A program made the translations under genes and the position numbers. Below are positions 18,712-27,796 of a DNA stretch of 64,000 nucleotides, one piece after another. The DNA comes from a virus. The stretch lies in IMG/VR virus record IMGVR_UViG_3300050026_000261, positions 4,703 to 68,702 of that record, one strand, 5' to 3'. How positions within the stretch are numbered: position 1 is the stretch's first letter; each line of letters opens with the position of its first letter. The notes beneath the pieces are model-generated. The model did not search any database and was not told where the DNA came from. It was given only the letters and a program-made list of their open reading frames with translations.

Positions 18712-19509
18712 ATGCCAGTATCCGTTACCGGGGTGACCCTGAACAAGACGAGCGATGTTCTCAATATAGGGGGAACCGATCAGCTAGTGGCTACGGTTGC
18801 TCCGTTAAATGCTACGAATAAGAGTGTGACATGGGCATCCAACAATGTATCTGTGGCCACAGTCAATTCCAGTGGAGTGATCACGGGGATTATGCCTGGT
18901 GTGACAACTATCACCGTAACGACTGCCGATGGCAGTTTTACTGCAAGTTGTAATGTCACAGTCAATCAGATCCTGACCCTGGCGCAGATCGAAAACTTGT
19001 TTCAATCCATCACGGTCGGTCTGACTGGCCTCGATTCCAATACCGGGGTCCGCATCTCATGGCCTACGGATGGAGCGCCTGGTTGGCCACTTGCGCAGGA
19101 TGTGGTGTTTATCAGAGTATCCGCCGGAGCTGATCAGGTTATCCAGACCAGAGATACTTTATACCAGGCCAGCCCGGATAATATAAACGTACCAACCACC
19201 ATCTCCTATATCCGGGTGCATACAGTGTCCTGGGTAATATACGGGCCTAATGCCTACGAGAACGGCGACCTGATCAGAGACGGGCTGGGGAGCGAGAGCA
19301 CAAAGGCTCTCCTGTCCGCTTGTAATCTGGCGCAGGTCTGGACACGTGGGCCTGTTTTCAGAGTGCCGGAGTTGTTCAACGGGCAGTGGTGGAACCGATG
19401 TGATTACGAAAACGAGTTTAACGAACAAGTCAAGCGGTACAACACGGTATCTCTGATAGGCAGCGCGTCCGTGATTATCAATGCAAACGGAGACGAGGAG
19501 GTCATCTGA
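18712..19509 (+). CDS. Tail terminator/neck protein with N-terminal Big_2 Ig-like domain
   Basis: VSVTGVTLNKT...ATNKSVTWASNNVSVATV Ig motif; C-terminal VPELFNGQWWNRCD. Confidence 0.75.
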   Translation: MPVSVTGVTLNKTSDVLNIGGTDQLVATVAPLNATNKSVTWASNNVSVATVNSSGVITGIMPGVTTITVTTADGSFTASCNVTVNQILTLAQIENLFQSITVGLTGLDSNTGVRISWPTDGAPGWPLAQDVVFIRVSAGADQVIQTRDTLYQASPDNINVPTTISYIRVHTVSWVIYGPNAYENGDLIRDGLGSESTKALLSACNLAQVWTRGPVFRVPELFNGQWWNRCDYENEFNEQVKRYNTVSLIGSASVIINANGDEEVI

Positions 19510-20654
19510 TGGCTACACTTCCACTTTCGGACATTGTACAGATATCGGTGCAGGTCAATCCCTCTACGCCGATTCTAGCCGGGTTCAACAAGGGATTGAT
19601 TGTCGGGCCTAGTACGATCATCAGCACGGCTACCCGAACCAAGAGATATGCGAATCTGGCGGCGATGTATGCGGATGGGTTCAGGAACACAATGCCGGAG
19701 TACAATGCCGCCGCGCTATATTTCTCGCAGACCCCGACACCTCAGCAGGTAGTGATTGGGTGCTACTCCTCTGGAACAGATGCCAACCTGGCTGCAGCAG
19801 TTACCGCTTGCCGGGCTTCGGACTCCAGCTGGTACGCCTGCACGTGCTGCAACACAACCATAGCAGATTGTGCAGATGCAGACATCCTGGCGGTAGCGGC
19901 TGTTATTGAGGCCGCAGCGCCTCTGTCTTGTTATTTCGCCACCACAAACACTGCGGCGGTATTGGTAGGGACAGGAGGCAATCTTGGTCTCGCCCTTCAG
20001 GGATTGGGGTACCGAAGGACGTTTTTGCAGTATTCGGCTTATATCGACGCGGCTGCGGCAATCATGGGCTACGCAATGGGCGCAAATCTACAGGCTCCCG
20101 GTTCTGCGTTTACCCTATTCGGCAAATCAGAGATCGGGGTCACGCCGGACGCTCTGACAGAAGGCAATCTCGGTGTGCTCCAGGGACAGAACACAAACTA
20201 TTACATCAACCGCGCCAACACCTACAATCTGTTGGAGCAGGGAAAAATGGTTGGCGGACTATGGTTTGACCTTCTTCTCGGTTTGGACATTCTCGTGACT
20301 AACATTCAGACCTCGATCATGTCGCTCCTGACCAGCTTGCCGAAGATTCCGTTGACGGATGGCGGGGTCGCCTTACTCGTCAACGCCTGTGCCAACGCCT
20401 GCCAACAGTTGGGGCCTAATGGCGGGACAAGCTTCCTAGGGCCGAAAGTATGGACGGCTACCGGCATCACAGTGGGATCGACGAGCGTCAACACAGGGGA
20501 TATGCTTCCTGCGGGCTATAAGATTCTCGCAGCTCCCGTAAGTTCACTCACCTCTCTACAGACGGCAGCCCGGCAGGCACCGGCTATTGTCGTGGCCTGT
20601 ACCCCGGCAGGAGCGGTACAGAACGTGTCAATCTCGATTGTAGCGAATAGTTAG
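19509..20654 (+). CDS. Contractile tail sheath (DUF3383 family, short form)
   Basis: PEYNAAALYFSQTPTP, TLFGKSEIGV, KIPLTDGG motifs. Confidence 0.85.
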   Translation: MATLPLSDIVQISVQVNPSTPILAGFNKGLIVGPSTIISTATRTKRYANLAAMYADGFRNTMPEYNAAALYFSQTPTPQQVVIGCYSSGTDANLAAAVTACRASDSSWYACTCCNTTIADCADADILAVAAVIEAAAPLSCYFATTNTAAVLVGTGGNLGLALQGLGYRRTFLQYSAYIDAAAAIMGYAMGANLQAPGSAFTLFGKSEIGVTPDALTEGNLGVLQGQNTNYYINRANTYNLLEQGKMVGGLWFDLLLGLDILVTNIQTSIMSLLTSLPKIPLTDGGVALLVNACANACQQLGPNGGTSFLGPKVWTATGITVGSTSVNTGDMLPAGYKILAAPVSSLTSLQTAARQAPAIVVACTPAGAVQNVSISIVANS

Positions 20655-20665
20655 GGGGGCCGACA

Positions 20666-21094
20666 ATGCAAATCTATTCCTTTCAGGATTTAAACGTGGT
20701 CATTCAGCACCCGGCCTTGGGGCAACTCGTTCTCAATGGCCAGGGCATAGGGACCATTACTTTCACTCCGACAACGGATAGGACGGTTGTGGATACTGCT
20801 GCAGACGGCAATATTATGATGAGTGCAGTGGCCGGGAACAGCGCTACAGTATCAATTGCCATTCAGCAGACCAGTTCTCTACAGGCCTTCCTGTTGCAGT
20901 GGTGGAACTACCTCGTTGGAGCAACGAAGGATCAGTGGGGGCTCGCTTCCCTGACCGCTCATTCTAATGTGATGGGGACTCAGATTAACTGTACGGGTCT
21001 GGCGCCACAGAAACCAGCAGAGAGACCTTTCAGCGCCCAGGGGCAGAACGTGACATGGACGCTCGTCGCTGCTGACATGCAGCAAGTTTCATAG
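20666..21094 (+). CDS. Tail tube protein
   Basis: YSFQD, AADG, IQQTSS, QGQNVTW; immediately follows the sheath gene. Confidence 0.8.
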   Translation: MQIYSFQDLNVVIQHPALGQLVLNGQGIGTITFTPTTDRTVVDTAADGNIMMSAVAGNSATVSIAIQQTSSLQAFLLQWWNYLVGATKDQWGLASLTAHSNVMGTQINCTGLAPQKPAERPFSAQGQNVTWTLVAADMQQVS

Positions 21095-21104
21095 GAGGTA
21101 AATT

Positions 21105-21560
21105 ATGAACGAGGTTAGGCCTAGGTTTAAGGATGTAGAAATAAGCGGCAGGAACTTTAGGCTTAGAAAGTTTCCTGCCCAGACTGGCGGCTATGTCGCA
21201 ATCAAGGTAGCAGGGATTTTAGCCCCGATGTTTGACCTGATTGCTTCGAATCAGGGTATTGAAATCGGTCAGGTGATAGCGCCGATGCTTAGTGCCCTAT
21301 CGAAGCTGACGGAAGCAGACTTCATGGATATTCAATCGAAATCCTTGCGGATCTGTTTCGAGCTGTTACAAGGCGGCGAGACGCAGGTTTTAAACCAGGA
21401 GGGAACCTTCGGCGTGATCGGGCTGGATGATGATGCCACGATCTGCATGGCCTTGATGGTCCATGCCTTAATTTTTAACCTCTCATCTTTTTTTCAAGGA
21501 AACCCCCTGACATCACTGCTCGGGGGACTGAATATGAGCTTGCCAGGTGCTCAAACGTAG
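21105..21560 (+). CDS. Tail assembly chaperone (G-like)
   Basis: Position between tube and tape measure; slippery T7 run at 21488-21494. Confidence 0.75.
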   Translation: MNEVRPRFKDVEISGRNFRLRKFPAQTGGYVAIKVAGILAPMFDLIASNQGIEIGQVIAPMLSALSKLTEADFMDIQSKSLRICFELLQGGETQVLNQEGTFGVIGLDDDATICMALMVHALIFNLSSFFQGNPLTSLLGGLNMSLPGAQT

Positions 21561-21721
21561 ATGAGACATTGTTCGCTCCCGTGATGGCAGGGCACTGGAA
21601 ACAGTGTCAACTCTGGAATGGTGATTATGACCTCGATGATTTGCTGGACATCCTGGAGGCAATGAGTGTTAAAGCGGAAAACGAATGGCGCAGCTATCTG
21701 TCGTCGAAAGGGGGAGCCTGA
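21105..21721 (+). CDS. Tail assembly chaperone -1 frameshift product (GT-like)
   Basis: T-TTT-TTT heptamer; -1 frame stays open to a TGA that overlaps the tape-measure ATG (…APVMAGHWKQCQLWNGDYDLDDLLDI…). Confidence 0.75.
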
Positions 21722-23211
21722 TGCCGGGGATCGATGTAATACGGGAATATCTCGTTTCGCTCGGTTTTGACACTGACCAGGCATCCCTCGGCAAAGCCCA
21801 AGGCGCTCTCACCCAGATGGCGAAGTCTGTTAATAGTTTCAGTAGTTCGCTTGAGGGCTTGGCGATAGTCGGGGGAGTCATTGCAGCTATTGGTGGGCTG
21901 GCGGCAGTATTTGAGCAACTGACACTTGGCGTTGCTGGTGCTACAATTAAAAATCAAGAATTTAGCCGGCAGATGTGGATGGACTACGATACAGCAGTGG
22001 CTTTCAAATCTTCATTAGATAGTTTAGGCGTTTCTATCCAAGATTTATATCTATCTCCTACTTTGATGAACGCATTTATCCAGTTTCGTCAGTTAGCACA
22101 ACAAATGAAAACTCCCGCTGATTTCCAAAGCACCATGGATAATCTTCAACAGATCACATTTCAGTTTGATGAGTTCAAATTAGAGGCAAGTTATGCGATC
22201 CAGTGGATTGGGTATGCTTTGGCGAAAGACTTATCCGGACCTTTGGGAGATTTCCAAGACGGGTTAAAAAAGCTAAATACTTGGATTATCACAACGATGC
22301 CTGTGTGGGCAAAAAAAATAGCTGACTTCATAGTAAATATAATAAAAGTGTTCAAAGATATCTACACCGCAGGCAAGGATTTCGTTGACTGGTGGGACAA
22401 TCTCGGATCGAAGTGGCAGCATGCCATCGAAATATCTACCGGCCTCGTAATCGGGATCATGGCGATTGGCAAGGCTATCACAATCGTCATGGGGATCATG
22501 GCCGCCATGGCGGATGCTAATTTACCCCTGTTGGCAATATCTGCCGCTATCCTTGCGATTATCCTTCTGATACAGGATTTTATGACTTACCAGAACGGCG
22601 GTCAGAGTGCGCTGGGTGGACTTTGGGCATGGATTGACAAGATGGCAAGCAGCCCAGAGATCGCGCAATTGAAACAGAGTTTCGATGATTTTAAGCAGTC
22701 TTTAGAAAGCGTCTTCGGCGCATTCGGCGATGTTATAACAGCGATAGCAAATCTCCTGGGAACAGGATCGGGGATGGTCAGTTGGGGACAGTTATTTAAG
22801 GGTATCATAGATGCCCTTACAAGCTCCTTGAAGGCTCTAGCCGGTGAGCTTAATACTGTCTCTGGTTTGATACAGGGTATTACTGGTGTTGCAACCGGGA
22901 ATCAGGCAGATATAAACGCTGGGCAAACAGCCGTCCAGAAAGGGATCGGTCAGGTGTTGCCCGGTTCGACCACAGGTGCTCCATTGTGGCAAACGATGTT
23001 GGAATATGCTTTCGGCGGTCCCAGCCTTGGATCATCGGGATTGATCAATCAATTATTCAGTTCTCCGCCAAGTGGTGCGAAGACGACAACAATAACCCTG
23101 CAACCCACTTACAACATAAATGGTGCGCAGGCACCTAAAAGCGTGGCAGACGAGATCCAGGGAAATAACATAAGTTTGATCATGCGGGGGACGCAGGGGA
23201 TGGTGTTCTAA
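21721..23211 (+). CDS. Tape measure protein (about 496 aa)
   Basis: IREYLVSLGF N-terminus, helical A/G-rich body with hydrophobic stretches; position. Confidence 0.8.
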   Translation: MPGIDVIREYLVSLGFDTDQASLGKAQGALTQMAKSVNSFSSSLEGLAIVGGVIAAIGGLAAVFEQLTLGVAGATIKNQEFSRQMWMDYDTAVAFKSSLDSLGVSIQDLYLSPTLMNAFIQFRQLAQQMKTPADFQSTMDNLQQITFQFDEFKLEASYAIQWIGYALAKDLSGPLGDFQDGLKKLNTWIITTMPVWAKKIADFIVNIIKVFKDIYTAGKDFVDWWDNLGSKWQHAIEISTGLVIGIMAIGKAITIVMGIMAAMADANLPLLAISAAILAIILLIQDFMTYQNGGQSALGGLWAWIDKMASSPEIAQLKQSFDDFKQSLESVFGAFGDVITAIANLLGTGSGMVSWGQLFKGIIDALTSSLKALAGELNTVSGLIQGITGVATGNQADINAGQTAVQKGIGQVLPGSTTGAPLWQTMLEYAFGGPSLGSSGLINQLFSSPPSGAKTTTITLQPTYNINGAQAPKSVADEIQGNNISLIMRGTQGMVF

Positions 23212-23855
23212 TGTCCATCGTTTACTATAACGGCACATCGGTTCCATCCACTACTCCCCCGCTAAGCGAGATCGGGCAACAATTATTATATGTGAAAAAT
23301 AACATCGGCGGCCTCTTTTTCGACGCATTCCTGAAATTAACCCATACCTCTTCATTAACGATCACACAGCACCCGGTCGAAACGGGCGCCGCTATTTCAG
23401 ATCACAGTTATATCATGCCAACCACTCTGGTCTGTGATATCGGGGTTTCAGATGTTGGAACGTCGATTGTCCCGGGACAGTTCGGGGGGCAGACAACTCT
23501 TGCTGGTCTGGCTGGGCCAATTGGGGAACCCCAATCCCGATCCGTCAACGCATTCCAGGCATTACTGGCGTTACAACAGAGTCGCGTCCCTGTCCAGGTC
23601 ACTACTCGGCTGAACTTGTATAACAATATGCTCATTCAAAGCATCGTGACTTCAGAGGACAACACCACGGCGCATGCCTGGAAAGCGACGGTCACTATGC
23701 AGGAGATTTTCGTTGCTGTGGTACAGACGGTGAAGGTCTCTTCGCAGCCGCAGGTTACGGATTCAACGGTAAAAGGGGTAGTACAACCAGCGGCATTGAC
23801 ACCTGCGAACGCAGGCGCAAAAAGTTTGATTATGGCAATCTATAATGCGCTGTAG
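23211..23855 (+). CDS. Baseplate/tube-initiator protein
   Basis: ITQHPVETGAAISDH and YNNMLIQSI motifs. Confidence 0.75.
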   Translation: MSIVYYNGTSVPSTTPPLSEIGQQLLYVKNNIGGLFFDAFLKLTHTSSLTITQHPVETGAAISDHSYIMPTTLVCDIGVSDVGTSIVPGQFGGQTTLAGLAGPIGEPQSRSVNAFQALLALQQSRVPVQVTTRLNLYNNMLIQSIVTSEDNTTAHAWKATVTMQEIFVAVVQTVKVSSQPQVTDSTVKGVVQPAALTPANAGAKSLIMAIYNAL

Positions 23856-23924
23856 AATAAGTGCCAAATTTGCAGGAAAATAGATCCCTCCGTGGAGTAT
23901 AATACTCTCCAAGGGGGGATTGGG

Positions 23925-24890
23925 ATGGATAAGGAGCAAAAACCTAAACGAAAAGGTCTTCCGATATGGCTTTGGATTATTATTGGTTTTTTTGTGCTGG
24001 CTATTATTGGCAGCATAAGCAACAGGAATGCTCCTTCGACACCTACAACAGAACCAAGCTCGGTTAGCCCTCAACAATCAAGTGCTCCAATACCACCACC
24101 AACAATACCACCACCAACAATACCACCTGTTCAAGTATCAGCCACAACTTTGACAGCCGATTATGTAAATAATCAATTTGCGGCGGATGAAGAATATAAA
24201 GGTAAGATTTTAGATGTATCGGGTACTGTATCTGATATAGATAGAGATATATTTGGGAATCCATTTATAGAATTTTACACTGGCCAGGGTATGGAAAATG
24301 CTCTTTTTACTTTTTCTAATAATAATGCTGCTTCTTTAGCTAAAATTAGTGTTGGTGAGCCATTAACTATTCAGGCCACATGCAAAGGTAAATCGGGCAC
24401 TGCAGTGGATATGGAAGATTGTAGCATTATCCCAAACGGGCAAGAATCAACACAAGCATCTGCTACTCCAACTGTTCAGCCTCCAACTCCAATAGTGCAA
24501 AGTCAAGCGATTCAGAGTAATAATGATGTAGTTGCTGCCGGAGAGACTGCTAATACGATTACAGGATTGACACTTAATCAGCAGTATTCTGAGCTTTATA
24601 ATTATCTTGATCCAGATGATCAAGCTACGACTTCTCAGCAAGAGTTTATTACTTCTCAGCAAACCCCAGGGTATGTGTCTGGGAGTTATACTTACAGTAT
24701 AGATTATGCAGATATTGTAATGGTGCCTACATGGGCTGATAAAGGAACTGGGAATACATATAATAATGTTGCGAAAGTGCCGGTTACATGGGCTGGAAAG
24801 ACTAGCGGTAAGTCAGTAACATTAATAATGCATTTGATTAAAGCTTCTGATGGAACATGGAGAACGTTTTTGGATTGGCCAGCGCAATAA
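23925..24890 (+). CDS. Membrane-anchored OB-fold (tRNA_anti-like) surface protein, AT-rich moron
   Basis: N-terminal TM helix, PPTI repeats, 'ADEEYKGKILDVSGTVSDI' motif; own TATAAT and terminator. Confidence 0.7.
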   Translation: MDKEQKPKRKGLPIWLWIIIGFFVLAIIGSISNRNAPSTPTTEPSSVSPQQSSAPIPPPTIPPPTIPPVQVSATTLTADYVNNQFAADEEYKGKILDVSGTVSDIDRDIFGNPFIEFYTGQGMENALFTFSNNNAASLAKISVGEPLTIQATCKGKSGTAVDMEDCSIIPNGQESTQASATPTVQPPTPIVQSQAIQSNNDVVAAGETANTITGLTLNQQYSELYNYLDPDDQATTSQQEFITSQQTPGYVSGSYTYSIDYADIVMVPTWADKGTGNTYNNVAKVPVTWAGKTSGKSVTLIMHLIKASDGTWRTFLDWPAQ

Positions 24891-24917
24891 AACGATTGAT
24901 GTGATGCCTAATGGAAG

Positions 24918-24941
24918 AAGCTCCTTTCGGGGCTTTTTTTT
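24918..24941 (+). terminator. Intrinsic terminator
   Basis: AAGCTCC/GGGGCTT stem followed by a T tract. Confidence 0.75.
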
Positions 24942-24957
24942 ATTTGGAGGTGGCTTC

Positions 24958-25299
24958 GTGGCAGTTTACAGTGTCATACCGCTTGACAATAGTCCAAACC
25001 AGCAATTAACAGTTACAATTCCTATAAATAATCAAAATATCACTTTGAACCTGGCTATATCCTGGAATGCCCAAGCGCAATATTGGGTGATGACGATAAA
25101 AGATAGGAATAATAACATAATTCTTGATGGTGTTCCCCTTCTCTGCGGGCAACCTCCCGCCCAGGATCTTCTAGGACAGTACGCGTACCTCAATCTTGGA
25201 TCGGTCTTTATCGTCAACACTGGTAATGCAGTGCTTGACAGCCCAAACGACCAGACTCTCGGATCGGATTTCATCATGATTTGGGGCGACTCATTATAG
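24958..25299 (+). CDS. Baseplate plug-like protein
   Basis: SD GGAGG then GTG; IPLDNSPNQ...WVMTI...VPLLCG...DLLGQYAYLNLG. Confidence 0.65.
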   Translation: MAVYSVIPLDNSPNQQLTVTIPINNQNITLNLAISWNAQAQYWVMTIKDRNNNIILDGVPLLCGQPPAQDLLGQYAYLNLGSVFIVNTGNAVLDSPNDQTLGSDFIMIWGDSL

Positions 25300-25312
25300 A
25301 GGGTGATCAACC

Positions 25313-26818
25313 ATGTCCATCCAAGACTGTGCCACAGCAGCAGCAAACACTTTTCCTTCATCCATCCAGGAAATAATGGTCGAGATTGCCGGCGCTGAAT
25401 CGTCCTGGGTCAATAACTGCCCCGGGGATTTCGGGCTAACAGATGGGCCGCAAGCATCAGATGGATCGACATCCTGGGGTTTGTGGCAAATCAACTCGAT
25501 CAATAGTGACATTCTACAGAACTTTACAGGATCATCAGATCCTGATACATGGCAACAGTGGTGCTACGATCCCAACAACAACGCCCAGGCCGCCCTGCAA
25601 ATTTATAACAATCCGCAAGGCCTGGGCAACTGGAGCACCTATACATCAGGGGCATACCTCAACTTCACAACTGATGCCCAGAATGCCCTGAGCGGTTGCC
25701 CTACGACAAACCTAACCTCTAACAATGCTTTCACCGGCACCGGCACAGAGAATATCACACTGCCGACCACCAACTACAACATAGTCGCCGGGACTCAGGC
25801 TCAGGGCGATGTTCTGTACGGGCGGAAATACAGAGTATTAATCCTGAACCCCAATGGTCCTGCCATTACAGGCACCGCGGGAGGATCAGCTATTACTCAG
25901 GCAGCGGGAGCAGACACAGCAACCGCTGGGCAGTCTCTCACATCACAGATAACGCCCACCACGGCCCTGGATGTTTCGCAACTCCATTGCGTTTTTAGTT
26001 GCGTTTCGACGATGATGATTCAGCCATTATGGAGCATCTGCACTATCTATAATCTTAGCCCGGAAACAGAAAATACGATCATCATGGAAGGCTTTCAGAT
26101 CATCATTGAGGCTGGCTATGAAGGTTCGCAGTACGGTCAGATATACCAGGGGAATATCGTCCAATGTATCCGGGACAAGCCCGATGGGGCGACTTATACT
26201 CTTACTTTAGTTTCAATGGATGCCCAGGAATTTCAGACTTATGGCACGGTGATCGGGACTCTGACCAGGGGTGCAAACAGCAGGGCGCAGATTGGCTATG
26301 TGGCCTCGGCTTGCTCTGTACCTACGCCTATTGGAAAATTGACGCCCGATCTATCAACAACCGGATTGACCCGGGGCAAGGTATTTTTCGGAATGGCTAG
26401 CGATTATTTGAGGCAGATCGCTCAGTCGGAAAATGCAACCTATTATTTGGAAGACGGGAATGTGAATATTGTCAAGGTAACGGATCTGCCGACTGATGAA
26501 GTTATCGATCTCACACCAAATACCGGGCTTATTGGGGTACCGGCGCAATCTGAATACGGGGCGACCATTAAGATGTTGATGAATCCAAAGGTGAAGATAG
26601 GTACAATGGTGCATGTGAATAATAGTTTGATCAGGAACGAGCAGTATGCGCAGGGTCAGGCGATCTATGCTTTGGATAACGATGGCCTATATCGTGCAAT
26701 CAAGAAAACTTTTACAGGTGATACACGCGGTACTGATTGGTACACGGAGATAGAAACTGTAACCCAAACAGGAATCGCACCTTCGATGATTACGAGTGGT
26801 GGTCAAAGTCCCTACTAG
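25313..26818 (+). CDS. Baseplate hub with N-terminal lysozyme/transglycosylase domain
   Basis: AESS...GLWQIN lytic motif; hub motifs IYNLSPET, EAGYEG, RGKVFFG, TGLIGVP, GDTRGTDWY. Confidence 0.8.
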   Translation: MSIQDCATAAANTFPSSIQEIMVEIAGAESSWVNNCPGDFGLTDGPQASDGSTSWGLWQINSINSDILQNFTGSSDPDTWQQWCYDPNNNAQAALQIYNNPQGLGNWSTYTSGAYLNFTTDAQNALSGCPTTNLTSNNAFTGTGTENITLPTTNYNIVAGTQAQGDVLYGRKYRVLILNPNGPAITGTAGGSAITQAAGADTATAGQSLTSQITPTTALDVSQLHCVFSCVSTMMIQPLWSICTIYNLSPETENTIIMEGFQIIIEAGYEGSQYGQIYQGNIVQCIRDKPDGATYTLTLVSMDAQEFQTYGTVIGTLTRGANSRAQIGYVASACSVPTPIGKLTPDLSTTGLTRGKVFFGMASDYLRQIAQSENATYYLEDGNVNIVKVTDLPTDEVIDLTPNTGLIGVPAQSEYGATIKMLMNPKVKIGTMVHVNNSLIRNEQYAQGQAIYALDNDGLYRAIKKTFTGDTRGTDWYTEIETVTQTGIAPSMITSGGQSPY

Positions 26819-26827
26819 GAGGTCCCC

Positions 26828-27433
26828 ATGCTAACTATAGGCGAACGCATCACGAATGATAAGACCCCCAGCGAATTCTACCTCCGGCAGCAGGATAAAA
26901 CAAAAGTTGACATCAAAGTTGCCACTCCTGGTATCATTCAATCCTTTGATCCGGTGGAGCAGACAGTCACGGTGCAACCGGCCATCAGGGAGAGGGTCCG
27001 TGATCAATACGGTAACCTCTCATATGTGAATCTGCCTTTACTGGTGGATGTGCCAGTTCACTGGCCCAGGGCGGGTGGTCTAGTTCTCACTTTCCCTATT
27101 GTCCAAGGCGATGAATGCCTTGTTATTTTTGGTGATAACTGCATGGATGCATGGTGGAGTTATGGGGACATCCAGAACCCCATTGAAAAAAGAAGGCATG
27201 ACCTGTCGGACGGTTACGCCATTGTGGGGTTGACATCGCAGCATAATCCCATTTTGAACTACAGCACTACATCTGCACAATTAAGAACCGAGGATGGTCT
27301 GACGAGCATCTCAATAGCACCAGGCGTGATCAACCTGAATGCCACAACGGTCAACATAAACGGGATTAGCATGGCGGCTCATTACCATGATGCGCCTGCA
27401 GGCGGTGGCAATACGTCAGGACCGGAGGGCTAA
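26828..27433 (+). CDS. Baseplate spike (Gp138-like)
   Basis: PGIIQSFD, VPVHWP..GG, GDECLVIF, RRHDLSDG, C-terminal HxH. Confidence 0.85.
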   Translation: MLTIGERITNDKTPSEFYLRQQDKTKVDIKVATPGIIQSFDPVEQTVTVQPAIRERVRDQYGNLSYVNLPLLVDVPVHWPRAGGLVLTFPIVQGDECLVIFGDNCMDAWWSYGDIQNPIEKRRHDLSDGYAIVGLTSQHNPILNYSTTSAQLRTEDGLTSISIAPGVINLNATTVNINGISMAAHYHDAPAGGGNTSGPEG

Positions 27434-27435
27434 AT

Positions 27436-27792
27436 ATGAAATACCGCAAACTCGACCCGCAAGGGGATTTTTCATTTGGCTCCGGCCTTCAAGATTTCTA
27501 CCAGGGGACAGATGCCATCGGGCAAGCAATATATACCGGACTCAAATTATTGCAAAATGAGTGGTGGGAAAATACTGCATTAGGTCTGCCGCTTTTCCAG
27601 ATTATCTTACAGCCCGGCATCTCACAGGCCGCCAAGGACAGCGTTATTCGCAACCAGATTCTAAGTACTCAGGGAGTTACCTCGATGCAAAGTTTTGCCA
27701 GTGTCTACAACTCCGCGACCAGGAGCTACGCAGTATCCGCTGTTGCTAATACTGAGACGGGCAATACAGTGACCATTCAGGAAAGTTGGTGA
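27436..27792 (+). CDS. Baseplate wedge protein (gp25/W-like)
   Basis: YRKLD..GDFSFG, EWWENT..GLP. Confidence 0.75.
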   Translation: MKYRKLDPQGDFSFGSGLQDFYQGTDAIGQAIYTGLKLLQNEWWENTALGLPLFQIILQPGISQAAKDSVIRNQILSTQGVTSMQSFASVYNSATRSYAVSAVANTETGNTVTIQESW

Positions 27793-27796
27793 TCTC

